Source: Mobula hypostoma
Taxonomy: Eukaryota
Direction: 5' to 3'
Assembly (NCBI RefSeq): GCF_963921235.1
Contig: NC_086108.1
Location: 46,874,001-46,938,000 of the forward strand
Length of the DNA stretch: 64,000 bases
Below, piece after piece: positions 11,101 to 23,100 of the stretch (its first letter is position 1; every line of letters starts with the position of its first letter). Made by a program: the position numbers and the translations under genes. The notes under the pieces are model-generated. The model saw only the letters and a program-made list of their open reading frames with translations, searched no databases and had not been told where the DNA came from.

Positions 11101-14100
11101 CTTACTTCCAAAGCACATGAACAAGCAGAAGAGCACCGGATAGAAGAAGCCAAAGCAAACAGCCAACACATACTCATGAACCACAGCAGACACGGTGAAG
11201 ACTGACAGCATAGCTGCAGCTCGAAACCGGTGGGTGAACAACTGTAAACAGACAAAAGATTGAACTCTGTTAAATCAGGCATTAAAAAAGGTGAGTATTA
11301 CAAATTTGGTCAAGTGACCTTCAAGCACCAAGATCAATAAAACCTGTGTAAAAATTCTTCACATCCATACTCTTGAAAGCTGCTCCCCATAGCTGACTAA
11401 GGTTATTGTTTGCACAATCATGGCTCCATCCAAGCCATTTCTAATCAACATTTGGATCAAGTGAAGGATGCCATTATGATAATTAACTACAAGAACAATC
11501 CAGGATCTTCTTTAGGAGGAAAAGTTACTCTTGTTGAGATGTAGAATTCTTTTTCTCGACCTGTGGTTCAGCATGTTTTAATCAGACCAAGATGAATCCC
11601 ACTGAGAAAGCCTTTAAGCTTGCATCAGTCAAAATGACCACAGTTAGTAACTTGGATTTCTTCATGATTCTGTCAAGCCATAATCTAGCTATGTAGTTAA
11701 AAAAAAAGGTATACTATTTCATTACAAGTACATTATTATGGGAATTATTTATTTTGCTCTCAGCAGGATGTACAAGCTGATAAAACCTTGCTGGCTCAAA
11801 CCAATGGACTGAGTAAACTGGCTCAAGAGCAATGCTTCCCCACCCTTCAGACAGCACAGCTTTGGCACCTGGAAGCAACATTCAGATGAAACTGTTATGG
11901 AATTTATTGCAGATTCAAGGTGAACTATTGAAAATTGGAGGAGATATTCTGGGATTGCAGTTTGTGGAATCCCACGTGTGTGCATTCAAGCTATTCAAGA
12001 AGAGACCAGAATTTAAAGAGTACTGTTATTTACAGACATGAGTTGCAACTGTCCATGAAGTTGACTGATTCCCCAGTACCGGTATGGCCAAAACTTGATG
12101 ACTCCCAAGGATCACAAGCCTCTGCAGTACACTTTGTCGACAAATCCAAGCAGGTATCTCAGTCAAACATTAAAACTATCTCCACATGATTACAAAGAGA
12201 CAAGAGTAAGAATTTAAAACACAAACATTCCAAGTTAAATGACAAATAATGCACCTCCATCGAATTACAAATATCTGATGAGATTACATCACCAAGTACA
12301 TGAACATTCACAGAAACATAGAAAACCTACAGCACAATACAGGCCCTTCAGCCCACAAAGCTGTGCCGAACATGTCCTTACCCTAGAACTACCTAGGCTT
12401 ACGCATAGCCCTCGATTTTTCTAACCTCCATGTACCTATCCAGACCCTATCATTTCTGCCTCCACCGCCGCCAGCAGCCCATTCCACGCACTCACGACTC
12501 TGTGTAAAAAACTTACCCCCAACATCTCCTCTGTACCTACTTCCAAGCATCTTAGAACTATGCCCTCGTGCTATTTCAGCCCTGGGAAAAAGCCTTTAAC
12601 TATCCACATGATCAATGCCTTTCATTATCTTGTACACCTCTATTAGGTCACCCCTCATCCTCCGTCACTCCAAGGAGAAAAGGCTGAGTTCACTCAACCT
12701 ATTCTCATAAGGCATGCTCCTCAATCCAGGCAACATCCTTGTAAATCTCCTCTGCACCCTTTCTATGGTTTCCACGTTGTTCCTGTAGTAAGGCAACCAG
12801 AATTGAGCACAGTACTCCAAGTGGGGTCTGACAGGGTCCTATATAGCTGCAACATTACCTCTCGGCTCTTAAACTCAATCCCATGGTGATGAGGGCCAAT
12901 GCGTTTTAACCACAGAGGCAACCTGCAGACCAGCTTTGAACATCTTATGGACTCGGACCCCAAGATCCCTCTGATCCTCCACATTACCAGTCTTACCATT
13001 AATGCTATATTCTGCCATCATATTTGACCTACCAAAATGAACCACTTCACATTTATCTGGGTTGAACTCCATCTGCCACTTCTCAGCCCAGTTTTGCATC
13101 CTATCAATGTCCCCCTGTAACATCTGACAGCCCTCCACACTATCCACAAAACCCCCAACCTTTGTGTCATCAGCAAATTTACTAACCCATCCCTGCACTT
13201 CCTCATCAAGGTCATTTATAAAAATCACAAAGAGTAGGGGTCCCAGAACAAATCCCTGAGGCACACCACTGGTCACCGACCTCCATGCAAAATATGACAC
13301 ATCTATAACCACTCTTTGCCTTCTATGAGCAAACCAGTTCTGGATCCACAAAGCAATGTCCTCTTGGATCCCATGCCTCCTTACTTTCACAATAAGCCCC
13401 GCATGGGGTACCTTATCAAATGCCTTGCTAAAATCCATCTGGTCTGATGGTCTGCATCCCAGAGTGCTTAAGGAAGTAGTCCAAGAAATAGTGGACGAAT
13501 TAGTGATAATTTTTCAAAACTCTTTAGATTCTGGATTAGTTCCTGAGGATTGGAGGGTGGCTAATGTAACCCCGCTTTTTAAAAAAGGAGGGAGAGAGAA
13601 ACCGGGGAATTATAGACCGGTTAGTCTGACATCGGTAGTGGGGAAAATGCTCAAGTCAGTTATCAAAGATGTGATAACAGCACATTTGGAAAGCGGTGAA
13701 ATGATCGGACAAAGTCAGCATGGATCTGTGAAAGGAAAATCATGTCTGACGAATCTCACAGAATTTTTTGAGGATGTAACTAGTAGAGTGGATAGGGAAG
13801 AACCAGTGGATGTGGTATATTTGGATTTTCAAAAGGCTTTTGACAAGGTCCCACACAGGACATAAGTGTGTATGGTATTGATGTGGATAGAGAACTGGTT
13901 GGCAGACAAGAAGCAAAGAGTGGTAATAAACGGGACCTTTTCAGAATGGCAGGCGGTGACTAGTGGGGTACCGCAAGGCTCAGTGCTGGGACCCCAGTTG
14001 TTTACAATATATATTAATGACTTGGATGAGGGAATTAAATGCAGCATCTCCAAGTATGCGGATGACACGAAGCTGGGCGGCAGTGTTAGCTGTGAGGAGG

Positions 14101-17100
14101 ATGCTAAAAGGATGCAGGGTGACTTGGATAGGTTAGGTGAGTGGGCAAATTCATGGTAGATGCGATTTAATGTGGATAAATATGAGGTTATCCACTTTAG
14201 TGGCAAGAACAGGAAAACAGATTATTATCTGAATGGTGGCCGATTAGGACAAGGGGAGGTGCAACGAGACCTGGGTGCCATTGTACACCAGTCATTGAAA
14301 GTGGGCATGCAGGTACAGCAGGTGGTGAAAAAGGCGAATGGTATGCTGGCAATTCAGAGCAAGAGGATTCAAGTACAGGGAGCAGGGAAGTACCACTGCA
14401 GTTGTACAAGGCCTTGGTGAGATCACATCTAGAGTATTGTGTGCAGTTTTGGTCCCTAATCTGAGGAAAGACATTCTTGCCATAGACGGGGTACAAAGAA
14501 GGTTCACCAGATTGATTTCTGGGATGGCAGGACTTTCATATGATGAAAGACTGGATCGACTAGGCTTATACTCTCTGGAATTTAGAAGATTGAGGGGGGA
14601 TCTGACTGAAATGTATAAAATTCTAAAGGGATTGGACAGGCTAGATGCAGGAAGATTGCTCCCGATGTTGGGGAAGTCCAGAACGAGGGGTCACAGTTTG
14701 AGGATAAAGGGGAAGCCTTTTAGGACCGAGATGAGGAAAAACTACTTCACACAGGGAGTGGTGAATCTGTGGAATTCTGTGCCACAGGAAACAGTTGAGG
14801 CCAGTTCATTGGCTATATTTAAGAGGGAGTTAGATATGGCCCTTGTGGCTAAAGGGATCGGGGGTATGGAGAGAAGGCAGGTATCGGGTTCTGAGTTGGA
14901 TGATCAGCCATGATCGTACTGAATGGCGGGGCAGACCTGAAGGGCCAAGTGGCCTACTCCTGCACCTATTTTCTATGTTTCTATCTAGACTACATCTATG
15001 GCTCTACCTGCATCAATGGGCTTAATTACATCCTCAAAAAATTTGATCAGGCTCGTAAGGCACGAACTGCCTTTGACAAAGCCAAGTTGACTATTCCTAA
15101 TCATATTATACCTCTCCAAATGTTCATAAATCCCGCCTCTCAGGATCTTCTCCATCAACTTACCAACCACTGAAGTAAGACTCACTGGGCTATAATTTCC
15201 TGGGCTATCTCTATTCCCTTTCTTGAATAAGGGAACAACATCTGCAACCCTCCAATCCTCCAGAACCTCTCCCGTCTCCACTGATGATGCAAAGATCATT
15301 GCCAGAGGCTCAGCAATCTCCTCCCTCGCTTCCCACAGTAGCCTGGGGTACATCCCATCTGGTCCCGGTAACTTAACCAACTTGGTTTCTAAAAGCTCCA
15401 GCACATCCTCCTCCTTAATATCTACATGCTCAAGCTTTTCAGTCCGCTGCCAGTCATCCCTACAATCGCCAAGATCCTTTCCCGGAGGGAATACTAATGC
15501 AAGGTATTTCTTAACTACCTCTGCTATCTCCTCTGGTTCCATACACACTTTTCCACACACTTGATTGGTCCTATTCTCTCATGTCTTATCCTCTTGCTCT
15601 TCACAGTCCTATAGAATGCCTTGGGGTTTTTCTTAATCCTGTCCGCCAAGGCCTTCTCATGGCCTCTTCTGGCTCACCTAATTTCATTCTTAAGCTCCAT
15701 CCTGCTAGCCTTATAATCTTCCAGATTTCTATCATTACCTAGTTTTTTGAACCTTTCGTAAGCTCTTCTTTTCCTCTTCACTAGATTTACAACAGCCTTT
15801 ATACACCATGATTCCTGTACCCTACCATCTTTTCCGTTTCATTGGAGCGTACCTATGCAGACCCTACGCAAATATTCCCTGACCATTTGCCACATTTCTT
15901 CCGTACATTTCCGTGAGAACATCTATTTCATGGTTCCAAGTTCCTGCCTGATAGCCTCATAGTTCCCCTTACTCCAATTAAACGTTTTCCTAACTTGTCT
16001 GTTCCTATCCCTCTCCAATGCTATGGTAAAGGAGATAGAATTGTGATCACTGTCTCCAAAATGCTCTCCCACTGAGAGATCTGACACCTGCCCAGGTTTA
16101 TTTCCCTATACCAGATCAAGTACAGCCTCTCCTCTTGTAGGCTTACCTACTGATTCTGTCAAGAAACCTTCCTGAACACACCTAACAAGCTCCACCCCAT
16201 CTAAACCCCTCACTCTAGGGAGATGCCAATCAATATTTGGGAAATTAAAATCTCCAACCACAACAACCTTGTTATTATTACACCTTTGCAGAATCTGTCT
16301 CCCTATCCACTCCTCGATGTCCCTGTTACTATTGGTCTATATAAAAAAACACCTAGTTGAGTTATTGACCCCTTCCTATTCCTAACTTCCATCCACAGAG
16401 ACTCTGTAGAAAACCCCTCCATGATTTTCTCCTTTTCTGCAGCTGTGACACTACCCCTGATCAACAGTGCCATGCCCCCACCTCTTTTGCCTCCCTCCCT
16501 GTCCTTTATGAAACATCTAAAGCCTGGCACTTGAAGTAGCCATTCCTGCCCCTGCACCATCCAAGTCTCTGTGATGGCCACAACATCATAGCTCCAAGTG
16601 CTGATCCATGCTCTAAGCTCATCCGCTTTATTCATAATACTCCTCGCATTAAAATAGACACATCTCAAACCATCCGTCTGAGCGCGTCCCTTCTCTGTCA
16701 CCTGCCTATCCTCCCTTTTGCACTGTTTCCAAGCTTTCTCTATTTGTGAGACAACCTCCCTTTCCTCCGTCACATCAGTTCGGTTCCCACCCTCCAGCAA
16801 TTCCAGTTTAAACTTTCCTCTATAGCCTTAGCAAACCTTCCCACCAGGGTATTGGTCCCCCTGGGATTCAAGTGTAACCCATCCTTTTTGTACAGGTCAC
16901 ATCTGCCCCAAAAGAGGCCCCAATGATCCAGAAATCTGAATCCCTGCCTCCTGCTCCAATCCCTCAGCCACGCATTTATCCTCCACCTCATTCTAATCCT
17001 ATACTCACTGTCATATGACACCGACAGCAATCCTAAGATTACTACCTTTTGAGGTCCTGCTTCTCAACTTCCTTCCTCACTCCCTATAGTCTGTTTTCAC

Positions 17101-20100
17101 GTACCTCCTCCCTTTTCCTACCTACATTGTTGGTACCAGTATGTACCATGACCTCTGGCTGTTCTCCTTCCTACTTCAAGATATCGTGGACACGATCAGA
17201 AACATCCCGGACCCTGGCACCTGGGATGCAAACTACCATCCGTGTTTCTTTCCTGCTTCCACAGAATCGCCTGGAATATGTGGGGAATATCATGATCTCA
17301 GTACGTGAATATTTTGTACAAATACAAACTGGGATGTCTAAAACTCAAACAACAACCTCAAAGTTCAGAATAATCTTCAATACACATAGCCTGCTTGTGA
17401 CCAATGGGAGCAATTTCATTGGTGCTGAATTTACAGCATTGCTTAGCAGGAATAACATCAAACATGAATACACGGACCTAATTAAAATCCTTCTCACATG
17501 CTTTAAGAGGTTTGGTGAAAAGAGGCTTGCATACTATGAAAAGTGTACTGAAAAATACAAAAAAAAGGAAAATGGAATAGGTGTTGCATGCTTATTTCCA
17601 TACCGTAATACAGTATGGACAACTACAGAGAAAACATTCTTGTCCTCAGAATTGCTGATGGGCAGGTGTGTCAGAATGCATGTGTGTTTGAAAGAAACCT
17701 GATCTTGGGTATTACTGCAGGTAAAAAAAAAATGCCAGAGTTCCAGGTTGCCATTTCACAACAGGCAAACATGCTAGAACCAGATTTTCTTGTCTTCTAC
17801 TGAAACCTACACAGACATAACATGTCTAAGATACATCATGCTCCTTGGTGAAGCAGTGACACAGCAGTGGAGCTGTGGTCTCATCGTCAGACAACTGGGT
17901 TCAACCCTGAGCTCAGATCCTATCTGTATGGATCACATATGCTTCTTGTGATACTTGATTTTCTCTCACATCCCAATGACGTGCAGGTTGATAGGTTAAT
18001 TGGTCACTTGTACATTGACCATCCTCACACCCTCTCCCCCCCCCCCCCACAAAGAGTATAAGTGACTGGTAGAATCTGGGGAGAGTTGATAAGGTTGTGT
18101 GGCGATAAAATGGAATAATGTGGCATTACTGTAAATAAGTGGTTGATGATCAGTGTAAACTCATTGGGCCACAAGACCTATTTCTATGCTGGAACTAAGA
18201 CACTACATCGTCTACATTATCAAAACTGGACTTGTTGTTTTGTTTGTATTTTAAGTCCTTCACTCAAATGTAAGAGGAAGAATGTTAATTTTCAAGCAGT
18301 AAGTGTGAACCGCAGTGGATGAGAAATAAAGGGTACTAATGGTGTTAATCTCAAGACAATCTTGTGATTCTGTAATTCCTTGTTGACACTCAAACCCATT
18401 GAAGGATGCCTTTTAAACAAAAATTACGGTCATACCAAATGCTTAAAACAAAATCATTAACCCTTCAGACTAGACTAATAATAAAGCAAACTGTTTATAA
18501 TAATTCAGTTCTAAAACTACACATTGAACTCAAATTGAGTACTAAATCTTTGTGTCTGCTTTCATTGATCACCACAATTCTTGCCATTTCCTTTATCACT
18601 CACTATGATATACAACACAGGAATGTTAAAATGTCTTAATTCTTGCCCAGTCCTAATGACATTAGCCTTTTCTTGATGTAACATGGCTTTTAAATTCTAA
18701 GGGCAAATAAATATTTGCGAAACAACACTGGTTTGGAAAACAATTTTAAGATGCATTTTATAAAACTTCAACTAACTGACGTGCATTTTATTGCATAGAT
18801 TTTAGCATAAGCTGGCAGTTTAAATGGTTTAATTTCATTGTGTGCACATGTGAGGAATGGAAAATTAATCAAAGTTTGTCATGAGTGTAAGGTGCCATAT
18901 ACAGTACATTGTCATTAAATCACCCATTAGATACAACTTTAAATTTAGAAATTCATAGTTTCAAATAAAGGAAAAGTAGCAACAGGGCTAAGACAGACAA
19001 CCCCTGCTTTCACTACCTTTATGCTGATCCTCTACCTCCAACCCATATTTCCAGTGCTCTTCAAATCCACAAAACCCACTGAATCTTGAATATACTTAAT
19101 TACTGTGCTACAGCATGCAAGTTAAAGAGTAAACAGTATTTATAACCTCCTAGTAAAGATCCTTTTTCACTGAATATAACAGAATATTCAAAGCAGCAGG
19201 TGAGGAGATGCGGATTTCACAAGGATCTTTACGTCCTCACTAGCAACAGTGGAGGTCTGAGGACTGAGGACTGGAGAATAGCAAATATTGTGTCTTTGTT
19301 CAAGAAGGGAAATGTGGGACAATCCAGATAAATTATAGACCAGCTATCCTCACATTAGTGGTAGGGAAGCTAATGGAGAGGATATTGAGAAATAGGAATT
19401 ATGCTCATTTGGAAAGGCATGGCCTGCTTACGGATAGCCAGCATAGCTTTGTGCATTGTAGGACAATGAATTTTTTCGTGAAGGAGGTGATAAAGGTGTT
19501 TATAAAGGCAGTAGACATTACCTACTTGGACTTTAGTACAGCATGTGATAAGTTCCTCATGGTAGGTTACTCAGAAGATAAAGATGCATGGGATTCAGGA
19601 TAAATTACAAAGTTTTGATTCAGAACTAGCTTGCCCACAGAAGGCAGTAGGGGTAAAGGCTGTTATGGAGGTTGGAGGTCTATGACCAGTGGTATTCTGC
19701 AAAGGTCAATCCCAGGACTTATGTTTGAGATACAAATGCAGATGGGTGAATTAACAAGCTTGTTGATGACAAACAGCCATTTATGCAGCAGTGGACAGTG
19801 TAAAGGACTATTAAAGAATAAGGGAGGATATAGATTGGTTACCGATATGTGCAGAGAAGTGGCAGATGAAGTTTAATCCAGGAAGTATGAGATGTTGCAC
19901 TTTGGGAGGTCAAACGGAAGGAGAAAGCCTACAGTTAATGAGAAGTCCCTTAACAGCATTGAGCAAGTGGGCTTGTGGGGTCCAGAGATCACTGACAGTG
20001 GCTATGCAAATCAATAAGTGGTTTAAAAGAAAAGGCATATGACATGCCTGCCTTGATTGGTAAGGGTGATAAATTGAAGATTAGGGAAGTTATGTCGCAA

Positions 20101-23100
20101 CTATACAACATATCTGTCAGACCACATGGATATTAGTCAGTCATAGAAGACTACAGCACAGAAACAGGCCTTTTGGCCCATCTAGTATGTCCCAACCATT
20201 AACCTACCTAGTCACATTGACCTGCACTTGGACCATAGCCCTCCACACCCTTCTCGACTGTGTACTTATCCAAACTTCCTCTACTTGCTGAAATTGAACC
20301 TGCATCCACCACTTACAGTGACAGCTCATTCCACACACTCACCACGAGTGAAGTCTCCCCCTCATGTTCCCATTAAACATTACACCTTTTACCCTTAACC
20401 CATACCCATGTTATAGTCTCACCCAACCCCAGTGGAAAAAGCCTGCTTGGATTTACCCTTTCTATATCCCTCAATTTTGTATATCCCTATCAAATCTCTC
20501 TTCAATCTTCTATGTTCCATGGAATAAAATCCTAACCTCTTCAACCTTTCCCTGTACCTCAGGTGCTCAAGTCCTGGCGACATCCTTGTAAATTATCTCT
20601 GCACTCTTCCAATCTTACTTACATCTTTCCTCTATGTAGGTGACCAAAACCGCAGACAATATTTCAAATTGGGCCTCAGCAACATCTCATACAACTTCAA
20701 TATAACATCCTAATTCTTGTACTCAGTACATTGATTTATGAAGACCAATGTGGCAAAAGCACTTTCTTCATGATGATAGCTACTTGCGACGCCACTTTCA
20801 AGGAATTGTGGATCTCTAGTCCCAGGTCCTTCAGTTCAACTGCACTCCTCAGTGCCCTGCTGATCACAGTGCAAGACCTATCCTGGTTGGCTGTCCCAAA
20901 GGGCAACACCTCACATTGTTCTGCATTAAATTCCACCTACCATTTTTCCAGCTGGTTCAGATCCTACTGCAAGCTTTGATAGCCTTCCTTGCTGTCTAAT
21001 ACAACCCCAACCTTGGTGTCATCAACAAATTTGCTGATTGTTTACTACGTCATCATTCAGATTGTAGATATCTATTCACAGGCTTCCAATCAAAAAGGTA
21101 ACCATTTACTATCACTCTGGCTTCTGCGAGGCCAATGTCTAACCCAATTTACCACCTCATCTTGAATGCCAAGTGAATTAACCTTCTTGACCAACCGTCC
21201 ATGTGACACCTTGTCAAAGGCCTTGCTGAAGTCCAAGCACAGTACTTTGCAGAAGACTTTGACACATGAAAGAAAATGATGTGAAGCGAGGATGCTTTCA
21301 AAGATAATGAAATGAAAAAATTCTTAAATATCAAAAATTACAGCAGCAAACAGTAAAAAAAAACTAAATCAAATCAGTATTTGGTGTGACCATCCTTTGC
21401 CTTTAAAACTGCATCAATTATCTTAGGTACACTGTCGTATAGTTTTATAAAGAAAATTGGCTGGTAGGTTGTTCCAAGAACCTTGGAGAACTTGCCACAG
21501 TTCTCTTGCAGAGTTTGGCTGTCTTGCTTGCTTCTGTCTCTCCAGGTAATCTCAGACAGCTTTGATGATATTGAGATCAGGACCCTGTGGAGGCCATTCC
21601 ATCTTTTGAAGAACTCCTTGTTCTTCTTTCACTGAAGATAGTTCTTTATGAACTTGGCCATGTGTTTGGGGTTACTGCCCTGATCAGAAGCAACTTGGAA
21701 CATTAGCCCTACCATGTTCAAACTTGAGTAGGCTTAACAACATCTTTCTCCAAAACCACTCCACCATCTGTTTAGGCATTCTGGTTCCCATCCCCCTGCA
21801 TCTCTAGTTTAACACCCCCTACCCCCCACCATTTAACACCAGCAAGCCTTCCTGCTAGCATATTAATCCCCTTCCAGTTCAGGGAATTGTCCCTTCAATT
21901 CAAGCCCTATCTTATTTGGGAGCCCAATGATCCAAAAATCTGAAGCTCTCCCTCCTACACCAGCTCCTGAGCCATGTGTTAAACTGTATGATCTTCTCAT
22001 TTCTGACCTCATTAGCATGTGGCACAGGTAGCAATCCTGAAAACACAACACTGGAGGTCCTGCCCTTTAACTTTGCATCCAACTCCCTGAAATGAATTTG
22101 CAGGACATCATCCTACCCAAGTCAATAATACCTCTATGGACCACGACCTCTGGCTGCTCCAGCTATAGCTGTAAACACAAGCAATCTAAATGTCAAAACT
22201 CTAATCTACATTGAAAACGGTGTATGAAGCTCCAGATTTCTACCAAAAGCATTGGTTCTTTAACCTCCAAATGCCAAAACACAAATCCTATTCTGAAACA
22301 GGATTAGGCAAAAAAGGTGGTTTCTATTTTCACATTAACTGACGTGTTCAATGTATGCTACTAGATCACAAGTCCTTCAGGCTCCTTCCACGTTCTAGAA
22401 CCACAAGAGTGCACTCACTAAATCTGACTTTCAGTTAAGAATTCAGAGGGGGAATTACAATGCAGCACAAATGGTCAATTATTTTAGAGCAGGTGAATCA
22501 ATTGCACCCCAGCTCCTCATACAAGCCAAGCAGGTCGAAATGTTCCTTACCCAGAGAAAGTCTCTGTAAGCATAATAGTACAGCCAGTCATGGACCACTA
22601 CGTTCCAGGTCCGGTAATAGTTGGCAAAGGATGTGGAATTCCACCAGTCCTGAATGGAAATGGAAAAGACAAAATAAGGCTCAAAATCCAAAAATGATGT
22701 CTACTATAAGCCTACAGACTCTCACAGCTACCTGGACTATTCCTCTTCCCACCCTGTCTCTTGCAAAAATGCCATCCCCTTCTCGCAATTCCTCTGTTTC
22801 TGCCGCATCTGCTCTCAGGATGAGGCTTTTCATTCCAGGACAAAGGAGATGTCCTCCTTTTTTTAAAGAAAGGGGCTTCCCTTCCTCCACCATCAACTCT
22901 GCTCTCAAATGCATCTCTCCCATTTCACACACATCTGCTCTCACCCCATCCTCCCGTCACCCCACTAGGAATAGGGTTCCCCTGGTCCTCGCCTACCACC
23001 CCACCAGCCTCCAGGTCCAACATATTATTCTCCGTAACTTCCGCCACCTCCAATGGGATACCACCACTAAGCACATCTTTCCCTCCCCCCCCTTCTGCTT

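Noticed and set aside
17049..17702. 217-aa ORF as a novel gene
   Set aside because: Antisense CR1 ORF1 read-through joined to the integrase relic
17845..17920. tRNA gene
   Set aside because: No cloverleaf; degenerate tRNA-derived SINE head
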